From the human T2T-CHM13v2.0 reference genome, Homo sapiens: a DNA stretch of 64,000 nucleotides. Numbering within the stretch: position 1 is the stretch's first letter; the number at the start of each line of letters is the position of its first letter. Shown here in pieces: positions 1 to 14,299 of the stretch. The stretch is taken from NCBI RefSeq assembly GCF_009914755.1, contig NC_060947.1. One strand, written 5' to 3'. The translations under genes and the position numbers were made by a program. Below the pieces are notes generated by a model. It saw only the letters and a program-made list of their open reading frames with translations. It searched no databases and was not told where the DNA came from.

Positions 1-281
1 AATCCCAGCACTTTGGGAGGCCAAGGCAGGCAGATCACCTGAGGTAGGGAGTTCAAGACCAGCCTGACCAGCATGGAGAAACCCTGTCTCTACTAAAAAT
101 ACAAAATTAGCCGGGTGTTGTGGCACATGCCTATAATCCCAGCTACTCGGGAGGCTGAGGCAGGAGAATCGCTTTAACCCGGGAGGCAGAGGTTGCGGTT
201 AGCCGAGATCACGCCATTGCACTCCAGCCTGGACAACAAGAGCGAAACTCCATCTCAAAAAAAAAAAAAAAAAAAAAAAAA
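1..281 (+). mobile_element. Alu (AluS-type), 5' end cut by window edge
   Basis: Alu consensus (AATCCCAGCACTTTGGGAGGCC...GAGCGAAACTCCATCTC) followed by an A-tail. Confidence 0.95.
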
Positions 282-479
282 CAAGAGATGACTTGTGCGA
301 GGTCTTCCCTGTATAAAGGGGTGGGATGGGGAGGCAGTGAGTCTGCTCCAGTCTGTCCAGCAGGGTTAAATTTAAATGACCTTGCACAACTCTGGGACTT
401 TGGGCACAACCTTTCTGGCTTCAGTAGCCTCACCTCTAAAATCTCTGAGGATTTGAGCTTGACCCTAATAATGTTAAAC

Positions 480-660
480 TACACTTTTCTGAGTGATAAG
501 TGCTTCATGTGCATGATCTCACAACCACAGTATGAAGCAGATACTTTCATTAGTTTTATTTTATTGATGAGGAAACTGAGCCTAATGGAGTTCAGAAACT
601 TGCCGAAGCAGGTAAAAATCAGAGCTTCCATTTGAGAGGAGCACTAGGTAATTCCAGGGC
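480..660 (-). mobile_element. MIR fragment
   Basis: GATGAGGAAACTGAG core in reverse MIR orientation; boundaries approximate. Confidence 0.6.
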
Positions 661-1971
661 ACTTGCTCTTAAACCCTGCCTCTCCATCTTTACAGAAAAT
701 TCCAGCTTTAATACTTTATCATTCTGTGATTCAACCTTGATACTTTAGTGGGAATTGAGTGCCTGTTTGTTCCTGTAAGACCTATAATTGCCCACTGAAC
801 TGCACTCTTTCTGGTGTTGGCCCAGTGTGGTGTAATGACACTTGTCTCCATTTAACAGGGAAGAGTGTGAAGATTAACGAGGTGATGATTGGTGTTTTAA
901 ATCTGTTTAACAAAAGCTTGGTCTTGTGGGCTTCCATATGGGAAAAGAACGATTTTTAATAGGAGTGAGAAACTGATGGGCACCCAATAGCAAGAAGCAT
1001 TTTGTTTTTAGATGTCAGTCTCCTAAACCAAGAGCTATCATTTTGTTTAATGATTTCCAACCTGAATAAGTAGTATAACAAGTGAGCCTCAAAATCAGTC
1101 AACCAAAAGGCAAACATTTTTGTAACCAGGAGAGAGAGGAGCTTTACAGCCTTTAAGCAATATAATCGAAGAGCACTCCCTGCTATTTTACCAACTGCCA
1201 GCATAAAATATGTGGGTTTTAATCATTATATGCGACAGTTCAAACAGCCGGCCGATCAATCTAGTTTATTCCCAGGAAAAAAAAAATAAGCTTAGAACCA
1301 TGTGGTGTGTTTATTTTATTTATATGTTTCCAAATCAACTGCAAGGAATTAAGAATTCAAACACCATAAACATCGCAGTCAAGTAACACCCTCTCCTAAA
1401 AATGATGTGCTGAGCCCACTGGAAGATACAAACAGGGCCCGTGGAAAAGAAGTCAAGTGCAGGGGTTTGGCCTCCAGCAGTTCTCATGCACAGAGGAGCC
1501 AACAACACAATCCTTGAGCTAGACCCTGGTCTATTAACACCAACCCCATTCCTCCCTGGAGCATCCATTGCTTAGACGTTTTGACACTCCCTATTCCCCC
1601 ATCTCCATCGGGTCTCTCCTGCTTTCTCTTTCAGGGCACCTTGAACTTTCCCACAGAACATAAATAAAATGCACGCTACCCAGCTAGATTTTGGTGTTAG
1701 AAATCTGTGCTGCAGGAGTCTGCATGGCTTTTTGAAATGATCTGAGAAAGTTCCAAACATGTTCCCAGTGGCACTTCTTATCAACACTGCACTTTATGGC
1801 ATCAGGAAAGCCTTTAGCATGACTGGGAAGTTTGTAAAGTTTGTCTTCCCAAGACCATAGGTATAGGATGTCATGGCAAAAAAAAGTGGGATTTTCAGTC
1901 AGACAGGTCTCAGCTCAAATCCTAGTCCCATTATTTATTATTTATTTACTGGCCATGTGGTTTTAGGCTAT

Positions 1972-2428
1972 CGCAGTGGCCATGAAAGTGGGCCACTCAG
2001 ACCCCCTGCTTTGGAAGCATAGTTGATGGCCCAGCTCTTGCCTCTCCAGACCCTGACCATCCAGATCATTGCATTTGAACCCAGGCCATGCTCCCCGGCC
2101 AATGACTAAGCACAGTCACTTGCACAGGCTATTTCTGGGAGATGTGGGATTCTTCCAACAGGCCACTTTGGCTCAAGACCTGGCTGAGACTTTCCTAGGG
2201 CTGGCTGCGACCTCAGACACTTCCTTCAGTTCTGCTTCCTTCCTTCTCTCCTCCACAGGGGTCAGACTGGCATCTGACATCAGATGGCATCACCATCTGA
2301 AAATCCCCCTTCTTCATTCCCCTGCTCTTTCTCCTTGAGCTTCACAGACATTTCTCCCACCAACATCTCTCACATATCTAATCCTGTCTTGGCCTCTGCT
2401 TCCCAGAGGACCTGATGAATTAACACAG
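1972..2428 (+). mobile_element. Old ERVL-type solo LTR (LTR16-like) interrupting a MIR
   Basis: 3' end CTTGGCCTCTGCTTCCCAGAGGACCTGA...AACACA resembles LTR16; MIR-like sequence on both sides. Confidence 0.5.
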
Positions 2429-3564
2429 CTACTCACCTAGCCTTTCTATGACTCAGTTTCCTAACCTGTTAAACAGAGAGACTATAACCTACCTTGTCTT
2501 GTGATTATGTGACCTAAATACAGATGGAGGAGGGTGGCAGCATCATTCCATATACTACCTGCTAGTTGAGATTATTTTGTTATTCTTTGGATCAAAAAGA
2601 AATACAACAGAAGCTATTATCTTTTCTTACCCTGCTCCAGTGAGACACCTTGACCCCCTCCTTGAGTTATGCACCCCCTACTTTGAAGGCCACTAGTTTG
2701 CTTGCATTCAGTCCCCATTTCTCCACTTATCCTTCAAGAGCCTCTCTGCCCTGCACCCACCTCCCTGTACCTGCCCAATCTCTCCAAGGCACTCTGCTGC
2801 AGTCAGCCCAGCCTCTTACCTCCCCTAGCCCCTTGTTCCTGGTCCTAATGTGTGCCCTCCTGCCTCCTGTCATCCACGTTTTGTTCGTGCTTCCTTCCCC
2901 AAGGGCCTTCTCCAAGCCTTTTCAGCCTAGAATGATCTCACTCTGCTCTAAATGCCTGGAACACATCTAACCCTCACCACGCTTAAGAAAACAAAAACAA
3001 AGAAACCTCACCACCTACTTATTTGTCTCTACAGCTGAGCTGTAGAAGCTGCCCACAGGCCAAAGCTACTTGAGTGCAGAGAAGACAGAGAGCTAATTGG
3101 AGTTGACATGGTTTTTATTAGGTGGCACCAGGTTCTACATCCCAAGACCAGCCCATGGGCTTGAGGAGCCTCCTGGACTCTTAGCACAGACACTGCTCTT
3201 TGACTCTCTCAGCATCTGTCTTCTCCTGGTGACTGGCTGGGGAGTGAAAACCTTAATTGGTCTATTGCACAGAGGCAGTAAGGAAGGAAGCCATGGGGAA
3301 TCACTCTAACTTCTAGCTGAGAGGACAAAACTGTGCCACGCTTAGGGTGAGTTAGCCCACATTTTGCATGTATTGCAGTTTCTGTTCTGACTTCCCAGGC
3401 TGAGTCAACACATTCATAATAACACACTTTTTTTTAAAAGAAGCCCAATTAATTTTTAAAAATTAGACCTCCCAAAGTATGAAATTAACCCACTTTTTAA
3501 CAGCTTTATTAAGATATACTTCACACATCACATAACTTACCTATTTAAAGTGTACAGTGGTTTT

Positions 3565-3599
3565 TACACTTGATCTTAGCCAAAAGGCCGAGAAGCAAT
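3565..3599 (-). pseudogene. U2 snRNA 5' fragment (nt 1-35), tailless retropseudogene
   Basis: Minus strand reads ATTGCTTCTCGGCCTTTTGGCTAAGATCAAGTGTA = U2 5' end with one CpG-type mismatch; flanked by direct repeat GTACAGTGGTTTTTA (3552-3566, 3600-3614) inside an old L1 fragment. Confidence 0.93.
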
Positions 3600-3643
3600 G
3601 TACAGTGGTTTTTAGTATATTCACAGAGTTATCAGCCTAACCC

Positions 3644-4043
3644 TGTGATGGTCAGTTTGAGGTGTCAACATGGGCTACAGTCCCCAGTTATTCAACTAAA
3701 CACTAATCCCAGTGCTTCTATAATGGTATTTTGTAGATGTGATTAAAGTCCATAATCAGTTGACTTTTAGTTAATGGAGATTATTTGGGTAATCTGGGAA
3801 GGCCTGACTCAATCAGGTGAAAGGTCTTAAAAGCAGAGCTGAGGTTTCCTAGAAGAACTTCTGCCTGCAGACTGCAGCTTCAGCTCTTGCTAGAGAATTC
3901 CTCCCTGCCCTTTCTGACAGCCTGCCCCATGAATTTCAAACTTGCCTCACCATCCTCCACAACTGTAGAAGACCACTCCTTGCAACAAATCTCTTTATAT
4001 TTCCTATTGGTTATATTTCTCTGCTTGAACCCTGACCGATACA
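3644..4043 (+). mobile_element. MLT2-family (ERVL) solo LTR
   Basis: TGTGATGGT...GAACCCTGACCGATACA termini; 5-bp TSD AACCC/AACTC. Confidence 0.8.
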
Positions 4044-4875
4044 AACTCACTTTAAAAATACTGTAAAAACAAAGCTCCATTTTCTATAGAAGTCTGTTTT
4101 TCTTTCTTAGTATCTCTTGCAATCTTCTCTCCCTTTTCGCTATGTGTTCTTAGAGGCATTTGTACTTCCCTTCTTCTTCCAGAGACAAGTCCTGGATTCC
4201 ATCTTGATTATAGATAGGTGCAATAAAAAAATTTCACCACCACCAGAACAATTTGTTGGGAGTTTATTTGTAATTTTTCCTATTGTAATTTTTACTAGAA
4301 TGTAAATAACACAAGAGTTAGGATCTTAGTTTTTTCTGCTTACTGAGATATATCCAGGGCCCAGAACTATGCTTGACATATAATAGATATTTGCTACAGT
4401 TTGAATGTCTGTCCCCTCCCAAACTCATGTTAAAATTTAATTACCATTATGACAGTGTTAAAAAGTGGGGCCTTCAAGAGGTGATTAGGCCATGAGGGCT
4501 CTGCTCTCATTAGTGGATTAATGCCATTATCTTGAAAGTGGGTTTGTTATTGTGGGAGTGGGTTCCTCATAAAAGGATAAGTTCAACCCCCTTTTCTCTC
4601 CCTCTCACCTTCTGCCGTGGGATGACACAGCAAGAAGGCCATTGCAACATGCTATTTCCTTGATCTTGGACTTTCCAGCCTCCAGAACTGTGAGAAATAC
4701 ATTTCTTTTCATTATAAATTACCCAGTCTATGGTATTCTGTTATAGCAGCACAAAACAGATTAAGACAGAATATTGGTACCAGAGAAGTGAGGTGTTGCT
4801 ATAACAAGTACCTGAAATTGTGAAAGCAGCTTTGAAACTAGGTAATGGGTAGAGGTTGAAAGAATCTGGAGGAGC

Positions 4876-5055
4876 CTGGTGTGGTGGCACGCATCTGTGG
4901 CCCCTGCTACTTGGGAGGTTGAGCGGGGAGGATCGCTTGAGCACAGGGGTTCAAGGCTACGATGCACAATAATCGCACCTGTGAATAGCCACTGCACTCC
5001 TGCCTAGGTAGCATAGTAAGACCCCACTAATAAATTTAAATAAATAGATAAATAA
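4876..5055 (+). mobile_element. Alu monomer (FRAM/right-arm-like) inside MST internal region
   Basis: Single Alu arm with A-rich tail; flanking repeat AAGAATCTGGAGGAGC/AAGAATTTGGAGGAGC. Confidence 0.8.
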
Positions 5056-6333
5056 AAAGAATTTGGAGGAGCAGGCTAGAAAATGCCTGTATTGCTATGA
5101 ATGGAATGTTAAGGGCAATTCTAATGAGGGCTTAGAAGAAGACAAGAGCTGTAGGGAAAGTCTGAAATTTCTTTTCTTTCTTTTCTTGGTTTTTTTAAAG
5201 CTTCAGAATTATGCTCCAAATATGAAATTTCTTAAGAGATTACTTAAATGGTTGTGATTAAAATGTTAGTGGAAATATGGATGTAAGGCCATTCTGATGA
5301 GGTCTCAGATGGTAAGAAGGAACAAGATATTGGAAACTAGAGTAAAGGTCATCCTTGTTATAAAGTGCCAAATAACTTGGAAAAATTGTGTCAACACCTA
5401 AGGGCCTTATGGAAGGCAGAATTTAAGAAGAATGAGCTAAGGTCTCTGGCAGAAGAAATTTCTAAGCAAAATATTGAAGGAACTGCACGTCTTCTTTTAA
5501 CTGCATTTAGTACAATGAGAGAAGAGGGAAATAATTTAAAGATGGAATTTATAATTAAAAGGAAAGCAGAACATAAAGATTTGGAAGATTAGCAGCCTGG
5601 ACATATAAAGAACAAAGAGTGTGCAAGAGTACAGCCAAGAAACCCTCTGATGAAGGGATTAGCATGGATCCAAGGAAGCTAGGTGCTATTCATCAAGACA
5701 TAGGTGAAAACCTGAATCCATTTTGGAGATTTTTGGGGCGGCCCCTCCCAACACAGGCCCAGGGCTCTAAGAGGGCAGAGTGGTCCCTGCATTCCAGTGT
5801 AGTGCTACTTAGCCATCCCAGCTGTGGCTCAAGTGGCCCCAGGTTCAGCTCATGCTGCCACTCCAGAAGGAGCAAGCAATAAGCCTTAGTGGCATTCACA
5901 TGGTGCTAATTCTGAGGTGCGCAGAGTTTGAGAACCATGGAGGCATGGCTGCCTCCATCTATATTTCAAAGGATGTATCAGACAGCCTGGGGGCCCAGCC
6001 AGAGACTTGTCATAGGGGCAGAGCCATGGCAGGGAACCCCCTCTAGGACAATGCCTAGTGGAGCTGCAGGGTCAGAGCCACCCCAGAGTTCTGACTAGAC
6101 CTAGTGAAACCCCTGAGATCCCAGAACTGTGGAGCCACCAACATGCAACACCAACCATCCAGAAAGAACGGCAGGCATGAGACTCCAACCCATGAGAGCT
6201 GCTGCTTGGGAGGAGCCCAGCAAAGCCATACGGGCAAAGCTGCCTGAGGCCTTGGTGGCCCAACCCCAATCCCAGTGTGTCTAGAAGGCAGCAGATGGAG
6301 TCAAAGATTATTCTGGAGTCTTAAGATTTAATG

Positions 6334-6897
<564 letters not shown>

Positions 6898-7608
6898 AAG
6901 ACTGACTCTTAAAGAAATGATTTAATGTTGTTCATCCTGTTGGCTTTTGAACTTTTGGCCTGTTACCCCTTTCTTCTTGCCTATTTCTCTCTTTTGGAAT
7001 GAGAATGTCTATCCTATGCCTGTATCACCATAGTACTTTGGAAGTAGATAACTTGTTTTGATTTCATAGGCTCAGAGCTGAAGGGAAATTTGCCTCAGGA
7101 TGCATTGTGCCTTGAATCGGTTTGAATGTTTGTCTCCTCTCAAACTCATGTTGAACTTTACTTGCTATTGTAACAGTATTAAGAAGTGAGACTAAGAGGT
7201 GATTAGGCCATGACAGCTCCATCCTCATGAATGGATTAATGCTATTATCTGGGGAGTAGGTTTGTTATTTGAGGAGTGAGTTCCTCATAAAAGGACAAGT
7301 TTGGCTCCCTTTCCTCTCTTTTGCCCTCTTGTCTTCTGCTATGGGATGATGCAGCAAAAAGTCCCTCACCAGATGCCGGATCCTCAACCTTGGCCTTCCC
7401 AGACTCAAGACTGTGAGAAATAAATTTCTGTTTATTATAAATCACCCAGTCTATGGTATTTTACTATAGAAGCAAAAAATGGACTAAGACAATATTAAAT
7501 ATTTTTTGAATGAATGGATACCCACAGTAGCATTGTAAACTGAAAGGAGAGAGTCTCCTTTTACTTCCCCCATAAAAGCCTAACAGTGCTAGGAGCACAG
7601 AAGGTGCT

Positions 7609-8083
7609 TGTGGTAGATCATAGAAAACGGCCACAAATTCTTCCCTTGTCACAGGAGCTGGGGTCTACTTCTCCATCACTTAAATTTGAGCTTGGCTATG
7701 TGAATTGCTTTGGTCAATAGGACATGAGCAAATGTGATACCAGAAGAAGCTTGAAAAATGCTTGGGTATTGGAGCTTGGGCTTGGAACTTGAAGACCACC
7801 AAGTAAACAAGCCTGAGGTAGCCTAAACTGGAGGGTTAAAAGCTACATGGGGAAGAACCAAGGCATCCCATCCAACCATCTGCCAAACATCAGACAGGTG
7901 TGTGAGGCCATTCTAGATCATCCAACCACCTGCCAACTTGCAAGCTGAATAGAGACACATCAGCCAGCACAGACCAGAAGAACTGCCTAACCAACCCACT
8001 GAATCATTAGCAAAAGAAAATGTTTCTGGTTTCAAGCCACTCAATTGAGGTCATCTGTTGTAAAATGACAGCTAATTGATACA
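7609..8083 (+). mobile_element. MLT1-family solo LTR
   Basis: TGTGGTAG...CTAATTGATACA termini; TSD GTGCT at 7604-7608 and 8084-8088. Confidence 0.75.
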
Positions 8084-8221
8084 GTGCTCAATGAATTCCC
8101 AAGTTCAGATAAAGAAAAATATGTCATTTCAGTTCTCAATTGTTGATTTTGTGTGTCTGCTATATGCTAGACTCTGTGCTTGGCACCAAAAACATGGCAA
8201 TTAAAAGATGTGGTTCCACAA

Positions 8222-9535
8222 GCCTCCTTAGACATGATACAAAAAGCATAAGCAACAAAGAAAAAAATATATAAATTGGATTTTATCAAAATTAAAAACT
8301 TTTGTGCTTCAAAGGACACCATCAAGAAAGTAAATGACAACTCACAGAATGGGAGAAAATATTTACAAATCGTATAAGGAACTTGTATCCAGAATATATA
8401 AAGAACTCTTATAACTCAATAATAAGATATAAATAACCCAATTAAAAAATGGGCAAAAGGTCTGAATAGACGTTTCTCCAAAGAAGATATACAAATGACC
8501 AATAAGCACGTGAAAAGCTGCTCAACATCCTTAGTTATCAGGAAGTACAAATCAAAACAGCAAGAGGGCCATAATATTGCTTGAGTTATAATATTGTATA
8601 CTGGAAATATGCTGAGAGTAGATTTTAGGTACTTTTAACACACACTAACTATAACTATGAGAGATGATGGATATGTTAATTTACCTGACTGTAGAAATCA
8701 TTTCACTATATATGTGTGTATCAAAACATCATGTTGTACACCTTAAATGTGGACAGTAAAAATGACACATGAATAAAAAAGAGAAAAAAGGAAAATTATT
8801 CTAAAAAATACCCATAATGGGATAACACTTTATACCTACTAGGATGACTATGATAAAAAAGACAGACAATAACAAGTATTGGTGAGGATGCAGAGTAATT
8901 GGAATCCTTACACACTGCTGAGGGGACTGTAAAATGGTGTGGCTGATTTGGAAAACAGTCTGGCGGTTCTTCAAAGGGTTAAACATAATTACTGTGTAAC
9001 CTAGCAATTCCACTCCTAGGTATGAATCCAAGAGAAATGAAAACATATATCCACACAAATCTTTGCACATGAATGCTCATACTAGCATTATTTTTAATAA
9101 CCCCAAAGTGGAAACAATCCAAATGTTTATCAACTAATGAATGGATAAGCAAAATGTGGTATATCCATACAATGGGATATTATTTGGCAATAAAAAGGAA
9201 TGAAGTATTGAGACATGCTACAACATGGACGACCTCAAAAACATGCTAAGTGAAAGACACCACACACATAAAAACTGTACATTGTATGATTCCCTTTATA
9301 TGAAATGTTCAGAATAGGCAACTGTAAAGAGACAAAAAGTAGATTACTGGTCACCAGGGGCTGGGACGGTAGGTGGGTATGGGGAGCAACTGCTAATGGG
9401 CACGGGGTTTCTCCTTGGAACGATGAGACTGTTCTAAAATTGGATTGTGGTGATAGTCGCACAACTGTGAATATACTAAAAATTGAATTTAAATGGGTGA
9501 ACTGTATGGTATGTGAATTATATCTCAATAAAACT
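8222..9535 (+). mobile_element. Old L1 (L1MB-like) ORF2 end and 3' UTR, interrupted by another L1 3' fragment (~8570-8800)
   Basis: ATCAAAATTAAAAACTTTTGTGCTTCAAAGGACACCATCAAGAAAG and 3' end GAATTATATCTCAATAAA. Confidence 0.85.
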
Positions 9536-9743
9536 GGTTTTTATGAAGTTCAGCAACTTAGCCAAGGGCAAATGATTATTAGTAAATAGCTGGGGTAGGA
9601 CTTGAATCCAGGTCCCATCTGCACACTTTCTGTCTGTTGGACTTTATATCTCAAATATGCCTAATACGTTTCTTTATTTCAAAAAATAGTGTACATAGAA
9701 AAATGCATAGTAATATGTAATACACATATAACGATATTCCATC

Positions 9744-10028
9744 TTTTTTTTTTTTAACCAACAGAGTCTTGCTCTATCACCTAGACTGGAGTGCAATGGT
9801 ATGATCATAGCTCAATGCAGCCTTGAACTCATGGGCTCAAGCAATCCTCCTGCCTCAGCCTTCAGAGTAGTTGGGACTATAGGTGTGGGCCACCATGCCC
9901 AACTAATTTTTAATTTTTTTGTAAAGATGGGTCTTATTATGTTGCCCACTCCTGGGGCTTCAAGCAGTCCTCCCATCTTGGCCTTCCAAAGTACTGGGAT
10001 TACAGGTGTGAGCCACCATGCCTAGTCT
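9744..10028 (-). mobile_element. AluJ-like element
   Basis: T-tract followed by diverged reverse Alu. Confidence 0.88.
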
Positions 10029-11290
10029 GGTTTTTTAACTTTAAAATAGATTGTGAGCCATTTTCCATGTCATGACCTAATCTTTTAAATGTAAATTTTT
10101 TAACTTTAATTTTAGGTTCAGGGAAACATGTGCAGGTTTGTTATATAGGTAAATTGCGTGTCATGGTGGTTTGGTGTACAGATTACTCATCACTCAGGTA
10201 ATAAGCATAGTACCTGATAGGCAGTTTTTCGATCCCCACCCTCCTCTCACTCTCCACTCTCAAGTAGGCCTCAATGTCTGTTGTTCCCTTCTTTGTGTCC
10301 ATATGGACTCAATGTTTAACTCTCACTTATGTGTGAACATGGGGTTTTTGGTTTTCTGTTCTTGTGTTAGTTTGCTTAGGATGGTGGCCTCCAGTTTCAT
10401 CCATGTTGCTGCAAAGGACATGATCTTGTTCTTTTTTATGGCTACATCATATTCCATAGTGTATATGTACCACATTTTCTTTATCCAGTCTACCATTGAT
10501 GGGCATTTAGGTTGATTCCATGTCTTTGCTGTTGTGAACAGTGCTGCGATGAACATATGTGTGCATGTGTCTTTATGGCAGAATTCTTTATATTCCTTTG
10601 GGTATATACCCAGTATTGAGATTGCTGGGTCAGATGGTAATTCTACTTTAAGTTCTTTGAGAAATTGCCAAACTGCTTTCCACCGTGGCTGAACTAATTT
10701 ACATTCCAATCAGGAGTGTATAAGTATTCCCTTTTCTCTGCAACCTCACCAACATCTGTTATTTTTTGACTTTTTAATAATAGCCATTCTGACTGGTATG
10801 AGATGGTATCTCATTGTGGTTTTGATTTGCATTTCTCTAATGATTGGTGATGTTGAGCATTTTTTCCTATGCTTATTGGCTGCATGCATGTCTTCTTTTG
10901 AAAGTGTCTGTTCATGTCCCTTGCCTACTTTTTAATGAGGTTGTTTGTTTTTTTTTCTTATAAATTTGTTTAAGTTCCTTGTAGATGCTGGATATTAGAC
11001 CTTTGTCAGATGCATAGTTTACAATATTTTCTCCCATTCTGTACGTTGTCTGTTTACTCTGTTGATAGTTTCTTTTGCTGTGCAGAAGCTCTTTAGTTTA
11101 ATTAGGTCCCATGTGTCAATTTTTGTTTTTGGTGCAATTGCTTTTGGCATGTTTGTCATGAAACTTTTGCCAGGGCCTGTGTCCAGAACGGTATTTCTTA
11201 GGTTTTCTTTAAGTGTTTCTATAGTTTTAGGTTTTACATTTAAGTGTTTAATCCATCTTGAGTTGATTTTTGTATACGTTGAAAGGTAAG

Positions 11291-11605
11291 TGTATCAGTC
11301 CATTTTCAAACTGCTGATAAAGACATACCTGAGACTGGGCAATTTACAAAAGAAAGAGGTTTAATTGGACTTACAAGGAGAAGCAAGTCACGTCTTACAT
11401 GGATGGCAGCAGGCAAAAAGAGAGAGCATGTGCAGGGAGACTTCCGTTTTTCAAAACCATCAGATCTTGTGAGACTTACTCACTATCACGAGAACAGCAT
11501 GGGAAAGACCTGCCCCCGTGATTCAATTACCTCCCACTGGGTCCCTCCTACAACATGTGGGAATTCAAGATGAGATTTGGGTGGGGACACAGCCAAACCA
11601 TATCA
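11291..11605 (-). mobile_element. THE1 solo LTR (internally deleted) in L1
   Basis: TGTATCAGTCCATTTTC...CAGCCAAACCATATCA; TSD GTAAG/GTAGG. Confidence 0.88.
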
Positions 11606-11912
11606 GTAGGGATCCAGTTTCAATCTTCTGCATATGGCTAGCCAGTTATTCTAGCACAATTTATTGAATAGGGAATTCTTTCCCCATTGCTTGTTTTTGT
11701 TGATTTTGTGGAAGATCAGATGGTTGTAGGTGTGCAGCATTATTTCTGCACTCTCTATTTTGTTCCATTGGTCTATGTGTCTGAACAGTACCATGCTTTG
11801 TTTACTGTAGCCTTGCAGTATAGCTTGAAGTCAGGTAATGGGATGCCTATAGCTTTGTTCTTTTTGCTTAGGATTGCCTTGACTGTTAGGGCTCTTTTTT
11901 GGTTTCATATGA

Positions 11913-12209
<297 letters not shown>

Positions 12210-13031
12210 TCATATGAATTTAAAAACATTTTTTTTTCAAATTCTGTGAAGAATGTCATTGGTAGTTTGACAGTAATAGCATTGAATCTGTAAATTACTT
12301 TGGCTGGTATGGTCATTTTAACAATATTGATTATTTCTATCCATGAGCATGGAATGTTTTCTTATTTGTTTGAGTCATCTCTGATCTCATTCAGCAGTGT
12401 TTTGTAGTTCTCCTTGTAGAGATCTTTTACCTCCCTAGTTAGCTGTACTCCTAGGTATTTTATTCTTTTTGTGGCTATTGTGAATGAGATTGCATTCTTG
12501 ATTTGGCTCTCAGCTTGGATGCTGTTGGTACATAGAAATGCTACTGATTTTTGTACATTGATTTTGTATCCTGAAACTTTGCCGAAGTTGTTTATCAGAT
12601 CAAGGAGCTTGTGGGGAGAGACTACGGGTTTTCTAGGTATAGAATCATGTCATCTTCAAACAGGGATAATTTGACTTCCTCTCTTCCTATTTAGATGCCT
12701 TTTATTTCTTTCTCTTGCCCGATTGCTCTGGCCAGGACTTCTAATACTATGTTGAATAGGAATGGTGAGAGAGGGCATCCTTGTCTTGTGCCAGTTTTCA
12801 AGGGGAATGTTTCCAGCTTTTGCCCATTTAGTATGATGTTGGCTATGGGTTTGTCATAGGTGGCTCTTACTATTTTGAGGTATGTTTATTGAGAGTTTTT
12901 AACATGAAGCAGTGTTGAATTTTATCTAAAGCCTTTTCTGCATCTATGAGATGATCATGTAGTTTTTGTTTTTAGTGCTGCTTACATGGTGAATCACATT
13001 TATACAGTGTAGAATTGTAATAGCTACATAG

Positions 13032-13395
<364 letters not shown>

Positions 13396-14117
13396 GGATG
13401 GTTTCTAACATGGGGCTATCAATCCCACTCCTATAAACAAGCTTGTGGGTAAATTTTTGACAGCATCTATGACCTTTTTTCAATGATCAATGTAGGGTTT
13501 ATCTTCCTTTTTAACTTTTTACTAATGCAGAACATGTATAGATAAAAGTGCACATATCATAAGTGTACAGGTAGACACATTTTCACAAACTGAGCCCACC
13601 TGTGTAACCAGCACTCAGCTGAAGAAACAACATGACCAGAACTTCAGAAGAAGCCCCCTTTGTACACCCTGCCCACCGGGTCTTTTTTCTTTTTCAATTG
13701 AATATCATTGTATCAATTGCTATTGTTGGAATATCATTTCAACTGGTTATCAATTTAATACATCAAATTGGCAAACCCAACATACCACTTTGTAGCAGGG
13801 CCAGTAAGGACATCACAGAGTGCCACTGCATGTGCACTGGTGTCTATCTACTCTCTGTGCCTTGACCCTCCTACTTTCAGCTCTCTGGTATCTGGTAACC
13901 TTAACTCTCACCTGAGCGTCAACTCTACCTTTTGCGTAGCTTCAATAGCTGAGTGGGCAGCAGGCAGGTTGGGAAAGAGGCATGCTGGGAAGTTTCTTAT
14001 CATTAATATAGCTTCCCTGGTCAGTCTGATTGGCCTGACCAGGCATGTGTTGCCCTTTCCCTAGCCCCACACACCTACCTGCCTAAGCAGTTGTGAGCAA
14101 GGGCCAGGTATTCTAAA

Positions 14118-14299
14118 CTAATAGATTTCAAACTTGGCTATATGTTGGAATCGCTGGGGACCTTGAAATGTAATGATGCCTGGGGCCCACCCCCAGAGAT
14201 TCTGATTTAATTGGACTGGAGTATGGCTTGGACATGGAGATTAAAAAAAAACAAAACACCCAAGTGATTCCAATCTGCAGCCAAGGCTGAGAACCACTG
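14118..14299. mobile_element. MER5-family hAT DNA transposon fossil
   Basis: CCCCAGAGATTCTGATTTAATTGG core and GAGAACCACTG terminus. Confidence 0.75.

Noticed and set aside
10323-10709. 128-aa ORF resembling a real protein
   Set aside because: Fragment of L1 ORF2 in a truncated, interrupted element
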